Source: an uncultured Caulobacterales bacterium (GTDB lineage: Bacteria; Pseudomonadota; Alphaproteobacteria; Caulobacterales; Parvularculaceae). From it: 64,000 bases of DNA. Every line of letters begins with the position of its first letter. Position 1 is the first letter of the stretch. Positions 1-10,175 of this stretch are shown here, piece by piece. Under the pieces are notes generated by a model. It did not search any database, had not been told where the DNA came from, and worked only from the letters and a program-made list of their open reading frames with translations. The stretch is from assembly GCA_964556115.1 (NCBI GenBank), contig CAZKVC010000007.1, positions 3,207 to 67,206 of the forward strand, written 5' to 3'. The position numbers were made by a program, and so were the translations under genes.

Positions 1-1402
1 GCTCCGCCGAAGGCGCCTTGGTGATGACCGCTTCGGGGACGACTTCGCCGAGGGGTCCTTTCGCGAAGGTGGGCTTGTTGGTGTTGCGCCAGCGGGCGAG
101 CTCGAAGACGTCGATCTTGTAAACGTCCTTAAGCGGATTGTACCCGCCGTTCATGTCGCCATAGAGGGTGGCGTAACCGACAGCCATTTCCGACTTGTTG
201 CCGGTGGTCAGCATCATCGAGCCGAGCTTGTTCGAAATCGCCATCAGGGTCGTGCCTCGCAGGCGGGACTGAAGGTTTTCCTCGGTCAGGTCCGGCGCCC
301 TTCCTTCGAAGATCGGCGCCAGCATGCCGGTCAGCGCCTCGACCCCGGGCTCGATCGGCACCGTGTCGAGCCGTATTCCAAGCGCCTTGGCGCAGGCTTC
401 GGCGTCGTCCATCGAGGCCTTCGAGGTGTAGCGCGAAGGCAGGCGGACGCAGTGGACATTCTCAGGGCCCAGAGCATCAACGGCAATGGCCGCGACGAGC
501 GCGCTGTCGATGCCGCCGGACAGGCCGATGACGACCTCCCCGAAGCCCGATTTCACGATGTAGTCACGGGTGCCCGTCAGAAGCGCTTCGTAGATCAGGC
601 GCTCGCCGTCCGACCACGAAGCGATCTCGCCCTTCTCGAGCCGCCAGCCGCCGGGCTGGGCGGTCAGCTCCGCACGGCAGCAGCCCTCCTCGAAGAGCGG
701 CATCGACGCCTTGAGGCCGTCCGGGTCGAGAGCGAAGCAGCCGCCATCGAAGACAAGCTCGTCCTGACCGCCGCACTGGTTGACGAAAAGGATGGGGAGC
801 CCCGTCTCGCGGGACCGCGCCTCTGCCTGAAAGAGACGCTCTCCGTGCACGGTGCGCCTGAAGGGTGATCCGTGGGGTACGACGAGAACATCCGCCCCCT
901 CGGCGCGAAGCTGGCCCGACACCCCGGGCAGCCACATGTCCTCGCAGATCATCACCCCCAGGTTGAGGCCGCGGAAGGGGATGGCTTCGGGTTCGGGACC
1001 CTGCTTGAAGGTTCTTGGCTCGTCGAAGGGTCCGTAATTGGGAAGGCAGACCTTGCGCGCCACGCCCTTGATGACCCCGCCATCCATCACGATGGACGCG
1101 TTGAAGGGCCGCGGGCTCGCCGCAGCATCGTCCGGCCACGGACTGCCGACGATGAGGCCGGGTCGCCCCTCTCCTGCCGTCTCCGCCGCAAGCCGCAGGA
1201 CACCCTGCCGGCAGGCCTCGACATAGGCTGGGCGCAACACCAGATCCTCCGGCGGGTAGCCGGAGATGCAGAGCTCAGGGCACACCACGAGATCGACGCC
1301 TTCGGCCTCGCGCCAGACCTTCAGGATCCGGTCGATATTGCCCGGGATATCGCCCACCACGGGATTGATCTGGGCAAGCGCGATGGTCAGCCTATCGGTC
1401 AC
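1..1402 (-). CDS. nadE: Glutamine-dependent NAD+ synthetase, 3' end cut by the window edge
   Basis: Not in the ORF track because it has no in-window stop. Hand translation of the third minus frame from GTG at 1400-1402 reads VTDRLTIALAQINPVVGDIPGNIDRI, then MICEDMW (C-N hydrolase Cys), GLSGGIDSAL (SGGxDS PP-loop) and TGNKSEMAVGYATLYGDMNGGYNPLKD. The plus ORFs 452..868 and 872..1639 are its antisense shadows. The GTG overlaps the upstream stop (GTGA). Confidence 0.85.
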   Translation of the reverse strand, partial: MTDRLTIALAQINPVVGDIPGNIDRILKVWREAEGVDLVVCPELCISGYPPEDLVLRPAYVEACRQGVLRLAAETAGEGRPGLIVGSPWPDDAAASPRPFNASIVMDGGVIKGVARKVCLPNYGPFDEPRTFKQGPEPEAIPFRGLNLGVMICEDMWLPGVSGQLRAEGADVLVVPHGSPFRRTVHGERLFQAEARSRETGLPILFVNQCGGQDELVFDGGCFALDPDGLKASMPLFEEGCCRAELTAQPGGWRLEKGEIASWSDGERLIYEALLTGTRDYIVKSGFGEVVIGLSGGIDSALVAAIAVDALGPENVHCVRLPSRYTSKASMDDAEACAKALGIRLDTVPIEPGVEALTGMLAPIFEGRAPDLTEENLQSRLRGTTLMAISNKLGSMMLTTGNKSEMAVGYATLYGDMNGGYNPLKDVYKIDVFELARWRNTNKPTFAKGPLGEVVPEAVITKAPSAE

Positions 1403-2388
1403 GAGAGGGCATCCTCGATCACGAGCGCCATCTTCAGGGCGCGGCGCCCGGCCTGTCCCGGCACCGCCGGATTGGTCCTGGAACGCACCGCCTCGAGGAA
1501 GCTCTGTGTACCGAATGCGAGCGGATCCTTCAGCGCAAGGGGCAGGTCATCGCCGTCGAAGCTCGCCGGGACAGGCGTTCCGGTCGTGTTGCTGACGGCG
1601 CGCTTGAGAAAATCGAGATGCACCTCGCCGTCCTCATAGCTGAGGCGGAGGTCCCGCACCGGGTCCTCTTCGAGGCGCGAGGCGATGAGGCGCGCTTCGA
1701 CCCCGCCGACATCGAGGACCGCGTCCACGTAATCGGCGAAATCGCTCTTCTGACGGCGGCTGTCTATGGAGAGCAGCCGCGCTTCGGAGGCGCCGGTGAG
1801 CTGGGCCAGGAGGTCGAGATCGTGGATCATCAAATCGAGCACCACCGACACATCGGCGGCGCGGGGGCTGTAGCGGTTCATGCGGCGCGAGACGACGCCC
1901 GCCGGAACAGCGCGGTCGAAGAGCCCGAATGCGGCGGCGACATAGCGTTCCTGATGGCCGACCTGGATGAAGACCCCTTGCGCCTCGGCTGCCTTGATCA
2001 GGGCATCGGCATCCTGGGTGGTCATCGCGATCGGCTTTTCGACGAGGACATGCTTGCCCTGCGCGATCGCTTCGGCGGCGAGACCCGCATGGGATGTGGC
2101 CGGCGTCGCAATGGTCAGAACATCCACCGCCTCGAGGAAGGCATGGAAGTCGTCGAACCCTTCTGCCCCGTGCTCGGCCGCGCGCTCCTTCGCCTTATCG
2201 AGGCTCTGATCGTAGATCGCCGTCAGCTCGGCATCACCGGTCTCGGTGTATTTGTTGGCATGATAGCCGCCGAAAACGCCCGCGCCTGCGACGCCCGCCC
2301 GCAATTTCTCCGCCATTGGCCTCTCCCGGATCGCGCCGGTCCCGTCCGGCTTTGCGTCGTTCTTGGTCAAAGGCCCATCTGCGCTCAA
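1399..2388 (-). CDS. Gfo/Idh/MocA family oxidoreductase
   Basis: Rossmann N-terminus LRAGVAGAGVFGGYHANKY and an HVLVEKPIA motif. The true start is probably Met25 (MAEKLRAG, about 2316). The stop overlaps the nadE start. Confidence 0.8.
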   Translation of the reverse strand: MSADGPLTKNDAKPDGTGAIRERPMAEKLRAGVAGAGVFGGYHANKYTETGDAELTAIYDQSLDKAKERAAEHGAEGFDDFHAFLEAVDVLTIATPATSHAGLAAEAIAQGKHVLVEKPIAMTTQDADALIKAAEAQGVFIQVGHQERYVAAAFGLFDRAVPAGVVSRRMNRYSPRAADVSVVLDLMIHDLDLLAQLTGASEARLLSIDSRRQKSDFADYVDAVLDVGGVEARLIASRLEEDPVRDLRLSYEDGEVHLDFLKRAVSNTTGTPVPASFDGDDLPLALKDPLAFGTQSFLEAVRSRTNPAVPGQAGRRALKMALVIEDALS

Positions 2389-2775
2389 GCCCGCTTCTTG
2401 TCACCACCGCGGTTAAGCTTTGAGAAAGCCTGCCCCAAAATCGCCTCGCTTTCCCCTGCCCGCTGCCTCATTCTGTTGAGACAACCCATGGTGGTGGTTC
2501 TGGTGGGAGGTGTCATGCGGCTATCGTTCGCGAATGCAAAACTGTGCGAGGATGCCTGGCAGGAAGCCCTGTCCGACCTTCGCGAAACCCTGCGCGGCAG
2601 GATCATCGCCGGTGAGCGGAAGAACCCGTTCGCTCGCCCCCTTCCCTGTCCTCTCGGAGATCTGAGGCGGACGGGCACGGTGCTCCGCGTCTTCTGATCG
2701 GTCAGCGGTTTCACCCACTTGGGCAGGGCCCAAGGATCGGCTAGACGCGGAACCCTGCCCCAAGGGAGGTCCGTG

Positions 2776-3666
2776 ATGGCCGAAGGAGAATTTCACCGTG
2801 CAAGCCAGGCCCCGGCCGAGGATTACACCATTCCTCAGGACTGGGAGAGCTACTCCGAAGAGGAGCACGGCGTCTGGGACACACTCTACAAGCGCCTGAT
2901 GAAAGTGCTGCCGGGTCGTGCGGACCAGGCTTTCATGGACGGTCTCAAGGCCCTCGATCTCGGCAAGGGCGGTATCCCGCATTTCGAGCGCATGTCCGAC
3001 GAGCTTGAGGCCCTGACCGGCTGGCGCGTCGTCGCGGTCCCTGGCCTCGTGCCGGACGAGGTCTTCTTCGACCACCTCGCCAATCGTCGCTTTCCGGCAG
3101 GGAACTTCATCCGCAAGGCGAACCAGCTCGACTACATCCAGGAGCCTGACGTCTTCCATGATGTCTTCGGCCATGTGCCGATGCTGTCGAACCCGGTTTT
3201 CGCCGACTATATGGAAGCTTACGGCAAGGGCGGGCTCAAATCCCTCAACTCGGGCTGCCTGAAGAACCTCGCGGCGCTTTATTGGTACACGGTTGAGTTC
3301 GGCCTGATCTCGACGGATGACGGGCTCAGGATCTACGGCGCCGGTATCGTCAGCTCCCCTGCGGAAAGCGTCTTCAGCCTCGAGGACCCCTCGCCCAACC
3401 GGCTCGGCTTTTCCGTGGAGCGGCTTCTTCGGACCGACTACCGGATCGACGATTTCCAGCAGACCTATTTCGTCATCGACAGCTATGAGGACCTTCTGGA
3501 GCGCACGCTGCGTACGGAGTTCTCACCGCTTTACGACCGTCTGCGCGAAGAGAACATCGCCGGTAGCTATCAGTACACGCCGGCGGATGTTCTTGAGACC
3601 GACAAGGTCTTCACCAAGGGCACCCAGGCCTATGCGGACAAGGGCGGACGCTTCGCGGCTGCCTGA
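2776..3666 (+). CDS. phhA: Phenylalanine 4-hydroxylase
   Basis: DVFHDVFGHVPML iron-binding His pair and YWYTVEFGL, typical of aromatic amino acid hydroxylases. Start trimmed to MAEGEF, preceded by GGGAGG; the ORF track starts at 2719. Confidence 0.9.
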   Translation: MAEGEFHRASQAPAEDYTIPQDWESYSEEEHGVWDTLYKRLMKVLPGRADQAFMDGLKALDLGKGGIPHFERMSDELEALTGWRVVAVPGLVPDEVFFDHLANRRFPAGNFIRKANQLDYIQEPDVFHDVFGHVPMLSNPVFADYMEAYGKGGLKSLNSGCLKNLAALYWYTVEFGLISTDDGLRIYGAGIVSSPAESVFSLEDPSPNRLGFSVERLLRTDYRIDDFQQTYFVIDSYEDLLERTLRTEFSPLYDRLREENIAGSYQYTPADVLETDKVFTKGTQAYADKGGRFAAA

Positions 3667-3685
3667 CGGCCGGGTCTGCGGGCCG

Positions 3686-4951
3686 TCAGTCCTTGGGCTG
3701 ACGGACCACCCGGCCATAGGCCGAGCGGGCCTCGACCGCTTCCGCACGGCGGCCTTCCATGACGAAATGAAAGCGGTGCACCGGATCGCTTTTCTCGAAA
3801 AAGACGCCTTTCGAGAGCGCTTGCAGGAAACGCGGCATACGCCTTCCCTGATGAAGGACGAGGCCGCCCTCAACCGCCTCGAAGCGGTAGGGACCGTAGC
3901 TTCCCGCCAGACGGCGTAGCTCTTTGCGGGAAGGTTCGTATCCGGCTTGCAGGGCTTCGAGGGTCCAGGCCGCGTCCTTGGTCAGGGGGCCTTTCCCCGG
4001 CACACTGGCGAGGGCCTGCTCGTAGGCCTCTTCGAGCGCGTCCTCCGCTTCGACCTCGGTGTCGGGCGCGACGCCCTCGCCTTCCCAGTTTCGTTTCGTC
4101 ACCGGATTGATCGGACGGCCGGTGGGCACGAACACCTCAAAGCCCGAAGGGGTCCCGATCTCACCGCCCGGATTGGCAGCACCTATCGTACGTTCACCGA
4201 TGATCTTCGCCCGGCCTGCGGCCTGCAGCATGTAAGGAAAGCTCTCCGCCGCCGATGCCGACCTCGCGCTTGTCAGGATGAAGACCGGGCGTTCTGGGTC
4301 GGGGCTATGATAGGCGATTTCCGGCGCTTCGCTGACCGTGCCGCCGCGGTAGTGAAGGACATTGTAGATGCCTTCTCCCCCTTCGGTCAGAGCACTGACG
4401 AGATAGCCGGTCATGGCCGGCGCGCCGCCGCCATTGTTGCGCAGATCGAAGATCAGCGCATCGGTATCGGCGGTCATCGCCAGCGCCGCATCGGCGACGG
4501 CTTTGGCCGGGTCCGCCTCGTCGCGGAAGTCGATATCGGCGAACCCCGTCATGACGATGAGGCCGATATTGCCGGGAAGGATGCGGACTTCCTCGAAGCC
4601 GTGGCCCTGGCGGCGCATGACGTCGTACCAGCTCAAGGCTGGTTGGTCCTCGCCCTCCTCCTCGGCCGCTTCGGCATCGACAGGTGGCGACCAGTCCACA
4701 TTAAGGTGCCCGTCGAGGGGGGAAAGACGGGCGGTCAGGGCAGCCGCGAGATCAAGTTCGTCCGTGTAGCTATCATACTCGCCGGCTTCGGCCTCGCGGG
4801 TCAGGTCCGCGGCGATCTTCGCCCCAGCTTCGGGATCGTAGAAATTCTCCTCGATCACGGCCGCGACCTCAAGGGTGGCCGCGCGGGGCTGGAGGTCGGC
4901 GGCGGCGGAGGCGAGAAGGGCGAGGGAGGTGACGAGCGTGATCGAGGTCAT
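3686..4951 (-). CDS. Secreted S41 family peptidase
   Basis: Signal peptide MTSITLVTSLALLASAAA. LIFDLRNNGGG and ILTSARSASAAESF match the S41 (Ctp/tail-specific protease) core. Start trimmed from 5125 to Met59, which overlaps the MarR stop. Confidence 0.8.
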   Translation of the reverse strand: MTSITLVTSLALLASAAADLQPRAATLEVAAVIEENFYDPEAGAKIAADLTREAEAGEYDSYTDELDLAAALTARLSPLDGHLNVDWSPPVDAEAAEEEGEDQPALSWYDVMRRQGHGFEEVRILPGNIGLIVMTGFADIDFRDEADPAKAVADAALAMTADTDALIFDLRNNGGGAPAMTGYLVSALTEGGEGIYNVLHYRGGTVSEAPEIAYHSPDPERPVFILTSARSASAAESFPYMLQAAGRAKIIGERTIGAANPGGEIGTPSGFEVFVPTGRPINPVTKRNWEGEGVAPDTEVEAEDALEEAYEQALASVPGKGPLTKDAAWTLEALQAGYEPSRKELRRLAGSYGPYRFEAVEGGLVLHQGRRMPRFLQALSKGVFFEKSDPVHRFHFVMEGRRAEAVEARSAYGRVVRQPKD

Positions 4952-5451
4952 GATGCGGGGGCCTTGTTCTTGAGGTTCGGTTCGTTGTCGCGGCGCAGTT
5001 CGTCTTCGATACGGTCGCGAAAGGGCCTTGTTTCGAGGGCGTCGATGGCGGCGGCGATGCCGTCGCCGAGGGCCATGCCGATCTCGTCCTCGAGAACGGA
5101 AGACGCGCGGTTGGTGGCGGCCCAACGCCTTTGAAGCGAGGGGATCATCGCCTTCAACTGCGGCGTCATCACGATCAGCCTTTCGCGCGCGTCATCGCCC
5201 GGGATCCGCCTGAGGAAGCCGCCCGCGACCATGCGCGCGACGGTCTGGCTGGCGGCGGAATGGGTGATCCCCGCGCGATCGGCAATGACGCGGATCGGCA
5301 CCCCGTCGCTTTCGATAAGGGCTTTCAGAACAGGGGTATAGCGCCCACGGAAGCCGCGCCCTTCGGCATCCTCGAGTTCGGCGATGCCGCTGTCCAGAAG
5401 GTCAATCAGGTGGCGCAATTTCGTGCCGAGAGTCCGGTTCGGTCCAGTCAT
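4948..5451 (-). CDS. MarR family transcriptional regulator
   Basis: Size and the winged-HTH segment RVIADRAGITHSAASQTVARMVAGGFLRR. Overlaps the start of the S41 peptidase gene. Confidence 0.8.
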   Translation of the reverse strand: MTGPNRTLGTKLRHLIDLLDSGIAELEDAEGRGFRGRYTPVLKALIESDGVPIRVIADRAGITHSAASQTVARMVAGGFLRRIPGDDARERLIVMTPQLKAMIPSLQRRWAATNRASSVLEDEIGMALGDGIAAAIDALETRPFRDRIEDELRRDNEPNLKNKAPAS

Positions 5452-5517
5452 AACAGCGCTGTTATATGAGGACTGTCACATAGGCAAGCGGCAAGAGACG
5501 CGGCCCGTGAAACCGCG

Positions 5518-6603
5518 TCAGCCGTTCCGGCCGCTCTGTCCGTATTCCTTGCTGATGATCTCCACCACCAGGTTTTCGATCTCGTCGGAGATCTTGTCGG
5601 CGTAGTTCTCGGTTTCGTCCGTCTGCTCAGGGGCGGATTTGCGGAACTGGTCCTTCCAGAAGGCATTGGGTTTCTGCCCTGCCTTGTGCCACAGGAAAAA
5701 CGAGTTCGCAGTCAGTGCACCTATGAAGATGAGGTCGGCGGCGAAGGTCTCCTCACCAGGGGCGGGAACACCGCGAAAGCATGCATAGATGGCTGCGATC
5801 GCGGCGACATTCACGACCAGGAAGACGTTCTGCATACGCTCGATATAGACACCGACCTTCCAGATGACCGTGGTGATGAAGCGGTCAAGATATTCGCCCC
5901 GCTTGGCGTTCCAAAGGGCGATGATGACCCAGTTCTTCGCCCGCTCCGGCCACCCCTCCCCGGCCCGCAACCGCACCTTGGCGCAGGCTTCCGTGACGCG
6001 GGTCGCGATGTCGTCGATCCGCTTGAAGACGTCGTAGGAAAGGGTCTCGGCCCGGCGGGTCAGGCCGAAGAAGAAGAAGCCGCGGACAGCGGAGCGCATG
6101 CCGAAGGCTAGAAAGGCAAGAGCAGCCATCAACAATGGCCACCAAGTCGCGAAAACGTCGCTAAGCCCCGTGGCTTCAAGCAATTTGCTGAGGAGGGAGG
6201 ATCCACCATCGCTGATGGCGGCATCGTAGATTGCGACAAGCAAGATGACGAGCCCAGCGTGAAGAAAGCTGGTGACCACGCGCATGGTGAAATACCGGCC
6301 CAGCACCGCCCACATTTGCGAGCGCGCGGTTTTGTACTTGTCGCTGTCCCAAGGAAACATCGCCTCGGTGTCGCTCATGATCTGTTCGGTGAACGGGCGC
6401 CTGTGCGTTTCCGAACCGCCGACAACGCCGCTGCCAAAATGCTTTTTCGCAGCGGCAAGCTCACGCTCGTAGAGGCTGCTGTTTTGAGAGAGCGTCTCTC
6501 CGGCCAAGGGCTCAGCCGCAGGAGATGAAGTATCCGGGGCGCCGGTTACTTCGTCCTTCGCTGAAATACGGAGGTCTTCACTCTCCTCGTTTTCGTTCAG
6601 CAC
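5518..6603 (-). CDS. Hypothetical integral membrane protein (about 4 TM segments, acidic termini)
   Basis: Long ORF with four hydrophobic spans (VVTSFLHAGLVILLVAIY, WWPLLMAALAFLAFGM, VFLVVNVAAIAAIYACF, LIFIGALTANSFFLW). I recognise no family. Visibly less GC-rich than its neighbours. Confidence 0.55.
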   Translation of the reverse strand: MLNENEESEDLRISAKDEVTGAPDTSSPAAEPLAGETLSQNSSLYERELAAAKKHFGSGVVGGSETHRRPFTEQIMSDTEAMFPWDSDKYKTARSQMWAVLGRYFTMRVVTSFLHAGLVILLVAIYDAAISDGGSSLLSKLLEATGLSDVFATWWPLLMAALAFLAFGMRSAVRGFFFFGLTRRAETLSYDVFKRIDDIATRVTEACAKVRLRAGEGWPERAKNWVIIALWNAKRGEYLDRFITTVIWKVGVYIERMQNVFLVVNVAAIAAIYACFRGVPAPGEETFAADLIFIGALTANSFFLWHKAGQKPNAFWKDQFRKSAPEQTDETENYADKISDEIENLVVEIISKEYGQSGRNG

Positions 6604-6667
6604 GCCGGTAGCCCACCCCTGCTCCTGAACAGAAGGTTAACCGAGCTTCATTGTTGCGGCAAGAGCT

Positions 6668-8023
6668 TCAGGCGGCCTTCCGCTCCCTGACGGCGCGCAG
6701 CTCTTCAGCGAGGGTGAAGGCCAGCTCCAGCGCCTGGTTCGCGTTGAGACGGGGATCGCAATGGGTGTGATAGCGCTCGGAGAGATCATTCTCGTCGATC
6801 GCCTGAAGGCCGCCGAGGCATTCGGTCACGTCCTGACCTGTCATCTCAAAATGCACCCCGCCGGGATAGGCGCCCTCGTCACGCACGAGGTCGAAGAACT
6901 GCTCGACCTCGCCCAGGACCGAGGAGACGCGGCGGGTCTTGTAGCCGTTCTCCGCCTTGATCGTGTTGCCGTGCATGGGGTCGGAGGACCAGACCACCGT
7001 CCGGCCCTCGGACTGGACCCTGCGGACCAGAGCGGGAAGGTGCTGGCCGATCGTCTCGCTACCGTAACGGGCGATCAGCACGATCCTGCCGGCTTCGTCC
7101 TTGGGGTTGAGAACGTCGAGCAGCCCGATCAGCTCATCGGGCTGGAGGCTGGGGCCGCATTTGATGCCGATGGGGTTCTTGATGCCCCGGCAGAACTCGA
7201 CATGGGCGCCGTCCGCCTGGCGCGTCCTGTCGCCGATCCAGACGAGATGCGCCGAGGTGTCGTAAGGGTCGCCCGTGGTGCTGTCGGTCCGGGTCATGGC
7301 CTCTTCGAAGCCGAGAAGAAGCGCCTCGTGGCTGGTGTAGAACTCGACCTCGTTGAGAGCCCGCGAATTGAAGCCGGAAAGCCCGCAGGCATCCATGAAG
7401 GCCATGGCGTCGGAGATCCGGTCGGCGATCTCCTTGTAGCGCTCGTTCTGGGGACCGCTGGCGAAGTCCAGGTTCCAGCGGTGGACGTTGCGCAAGGAGG
7501 CGTAGCCGCCCTTGGCGAAGGCGCGGATCAGATTGAGGGTGGCGGCGGACTGGCCATAGGCCCTGAGGAGGCGCTGCGGATCGGGGATGCGGGCTTCCTC
7601 GGTGAAGTCCATGCCGTTGATGTTGTCACCGCGATAGCTGGGGAGCGTGACCCCGCCGCGGGTCTCGGTCGGCGAAGAGCGTGGCTTGCCGAACTGGCCC
7701 GCGATGCGGCCGACCTTCACCACCGGCATCGCCGCACCGTAAGTCAGCGCAACGGCCATCTGCAGGAGCACCCGGAAGGTGTCGCGAATGTTGTCGGCGC
7801 GGAATTCCTTGAAGCTTTCGGCGCAGTCTCCGCCCTGAAGAAGGAAGGCCTCTCCCCGGCTCACCGCCGCGAGCCGGTCCTTCAGCGTGCGGACCTCCCC
7901 TGCGAAGACCAGCGGCGGATAGGACGAAAGCTCCTCCTCCACCTCGGCCAGGGCCTTGGGGTCGGGATAGTCGCCCGGAATATGCTTCGCCGGTTTCTCG
8001 CGCCAGCTCGCGGGATGCCACAT
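6668..8023 (-). CDS. Class II 3-deoxy-7-phosphoheptulonate (DAHP) synthase
   Basis: [22 protein letters not shown]-terminus and the [11 protein letters not shown] motif characteristic of class II DAHP synthases. Start trimmed to Met22; the ORF track starts at 8086. Confidence 0.9.
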   Translation of the reverse strand: MWHPASWREKPAKHIPGDYPDPKALAEVEEELSSYPPLVFAGEVRTLKDRLAAVSRGEAFLLQGGDCAESFKEFRADNIRDTFRVLLQMAVALTYGAAMPVVKVGRIAGQFGKPRSSPTETRGGVTLPSYRGDNINGMDFTEEARIPDPQRLLRAYGQSAATLNLIRAFAKGGYASLRNVHRWNLDFASGPQNERYKEIADRISDAMAFMDACGLSGFNSRALNEVEFYTSHEALLLGFEEAMTRTDSTTGDPYDTSAHLVWIGDRTRQADGAHVEFCRGIKNPIGIKCGPSLQPDELIGLLDVLNPKDEAGRIVLIARYGSETIGQHLPALVRRVQSEGRTVVWSSDPMHGNTIKAENGYKTRRVSSVLGEVEQFFDLVRDEGAYPGGVHFEMTGQDVTECLGGLQAIDENDLSERYHTHCDPRLNANQALELAFTLAEELRAVRERKAA

Positions 8024-8101
8024 GGCCTGCTGCTCCTGTTGAAGAGCGAAGCTAGGCGATAAAACGGCCCCCGCGCAATGGCGCAAAAGGGCCCCGCCGG
8101 G

Positions 8102-8809
8102 TCAGGAGACGCTGGCGATCATCTGCGGCCATGCGCCAAGGAGGGACCAGGCGAGCGCCCCGCCTAGAAGCCCGAGTGCGGCCAGGCGCGGCCCATGCAG
8201 ACGCGACCAGAGGAGGATGCCCGAAAGGCTCATGACAATGAGGGCGCCGCCCACCGCGTCGATCAGCAGGATCCAGACAAGGCCGATGCCGTGGCCCATG
8301 TGAAGCTCCTTCAGGACCGTGGCGAAGCTGTAGGCCGTCCGCTCGAGAACCACGAGATTGGCCTCGGGCAGATAGCTCGCCTCCAGTGCCGCATTGGGCC
8401 CGCGGAAGCGTATGTCCCAGCGCTCGGCCGGAATCGCGCTCGTCCCCTCGAAGCTCACGCTCTCGACAGCGGGCGCGGCGCGGGAAGCCCCCGCCTCCTG
8501 CACGACGCCGTAGGTCTCCTGGACCCACGCCGCGAAGGCTTCCTCGTTTGCGAAGGGAGCACCCTCGCGCACCAATTCCACCTTGCTGACAGTGGGCGCG
8601 CCGGTCTCGATCTTCATCACCGAGCGGTGGTTGAGAAGAATGCCCGACACCCCGAGAAGAAGGAACATGAGCGCACCGAAAAGCCCGCTCCAGGCGTGCG
8701 TCCTCTTGAGCCATAGAAGGAATGGCCCGCGCCCCCATTCCTTCGGCAGGAACGGATGAAGCTTGGGCGGATTGGCGGCTTTCGGCGCCGCGGCGGTTTT
8801 CTGCAGCAT
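8102..8809 (-). CDS. PepSY-associated TM helix family membrane protein
   Basis: Only the C-terminal 235 codons of the 598-aa ORF look coding: WLKRTHAWSGLFGALMFLLLGVSGILLNH and a C-terminal TM GLVWILLIDAVGGALIVMSLSGILLW. The upstream part of the ORF is antisense to the alcohol dehydrogenase. Confidence 0.6.
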   Translation of the reverse strand: MLQKTAAAPKAANPPKLHPFLPKEWGRGPFLLWLKRTHAWSGLFGALMFLLLGVSGILLNHRSVMKIETGAPTVSKVELVREGAPFANEEAFAAWVQETYGVVQEAGASRAAPAVESVSFEGTSAIPAERWDIRFRGPNAALEASYLPEANLVVLERTAYSFATVLKELHMGHGIGLVWILLIDAVGGALIVMSLSGILLWSRLHGPRLAALGLLGGALAWSLLGAWPQMIASVS

Positions 8810-8935
8810 GGGTGGGCCTTCCGAACGAAGGCCTGTTTTGCGACTGCTTATCAGAAGCGTCAACAGCGGACTGCGATCGGGGGATGAAAGAAAGGCCGCG
8901 ATCCCCCAAAGGACCCCTTCAAACGAGGAGAAGCC

Positions 8936-9949
8936 ATGACCGTCCACGCCTATGCCGTCACCGAAGAGGGCGGAGAGCTCAAGCCTTTCACCTATGAATT
9001 CGGTGCGCTGAAGACCGACGAAGTCGAGCTGGAAGTCGAAAGCTGCGGCATCTGCCATTCGGACATGTCGATGATCGACAATGAATGGGGCTTGTCGAAA
9101 TATCCCCTGGTCCCCGGCCATGAGGTGATCGGCCGGATCACCAAGGCCGGTGATGGGGTGAAGACCCTCAAAGTGGGCCAGCGGGTTGGCCTGGGCTGGT
9201 TCGCGGAAAGCTGCCAGCGCTGCCAACCCTGCCTCTCGGGGCACCACAATCTCTGCGTCCGCAGCACAGGCACGATCGTGGGACGCCATGGCGGCTTTGC
9301 CGACAAGGTCCGCGCGTCCGAGCTCTGGTGCGTGCCGGTGCCTGACGATGTCGACGCCATCACCGCCGGGCCACTCTTCTGCGGCGGGGCCACCGTGTTC
9401 AACCCGCTGGTCCAGTACGGCATCACGCCGATGGACCGGGTCGGGGTGATCGGCATTGGCGGGCTCGGCCACCTGGCGCTGCAATTCGCCCGCGCCTGGG
9501 GCTGCGAGGTCACGGCCTTCACCACTTCCGACGACAAGGCCGAGGAGGCGAAGAAGCTCGGCGCCCACCATGTCGCCAACACACGCGACGGCGACACGCT
9601 GAAAAAGCTGCGCGGCAGTTTCGACCTCATCCTCAACACCACCGCGGCCGAGCTTCCCTGGTCGGAATATCTCGCCACCTTGCGCGCCAAGGGGCGCTTC
9701 GTCACCGTGGGCGGCTTCGTCGATGCGCCCCTCAAGGCCGGGGCGTTCGAGCTGATCGGCGGCGAGAAGAAGATCGGCGGCTCGGCCATGGCGCCGCCCC
9801 TGATCCTGGAGAAGATGCTCGAATTCTGCGGCCGCCACGACATCGCCCCCATGACCGACAAATTCGCCATGGAGGACTGTAATGATGGGCTGCAGCATCT
9901 TCGCGACGGCAAGGCGCGCTACAGGGTTGTGCTGATCCGGTCACAATGA
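8936..9949 (+). CDS. Zn-dependent NAD(P) alcohol dehydrogenase (cinnamyl-ADH/YahK-like)
   Basis: CGICHSD, GHEVIGRITKAG, the structural-Zn Cys cluster CQRCQPCLSGHHNLC, and GIGGLGHLA dinucleotide fold. Confidence 0.85.
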   Translation: MTVHAYAVTEEGGELKPFTYEFGALKTDEVELEVESCGICHSDMSMIDNEWGLSKYPLVPGHEVIGRITKAGDGVKTLKVGQRVGLGWFAESCQRCQPCLSGHHNLCVRSTGTIVGRHGGFADKVRASELWCVPVPDDVDAITAGPLFCGGATVFNPLVQYGITPMDRVGVIGIGGLGHLALQFARAWGCEVTAFTTSDDKAEEAKKLGAHHVANTRDGDTLKKLRGSFDLILNTTAAELPWSEYLATLRAKGRFVTVGGFVDAPLKAGAFELIGGEKKIGGSAMAPPLILEKMLEFCGRHDIAPMTDKFAMEDCNDGLQHLRDGKARYRVVLIRSQ

Positions 9950-10175
9950 TGCGCGGCAGGGCCGGTTCACCCGGTTCTCGCCTCGCGTGATCTTTACAGA
10001 TCGCCCGGTCGCGACTAGTGGGCGCACTCCCCTCGCGGCTGCAGCCTGTTTTCAGGATCAAGGTCAGACAGCCGCAATGACGACTTGGCGTCCTCCTTGC
10101 TGAAGTTTCGGTGGGTCGGGCGCTTGCGATGAGAACCCGATCCGTAACCCTTTGAACTGCAGACGAACGACACGC

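Noticed and set aside
8810-9898. N-terminal 360 codons of the 598-aa minus ORF 8102..9898
   Set aside because: This part is antisense to the Zn-alcohol dehydrogenase. Only the distal 235 codons (the PepSY-TM protein from MLQKTAAAPK) look genuine.
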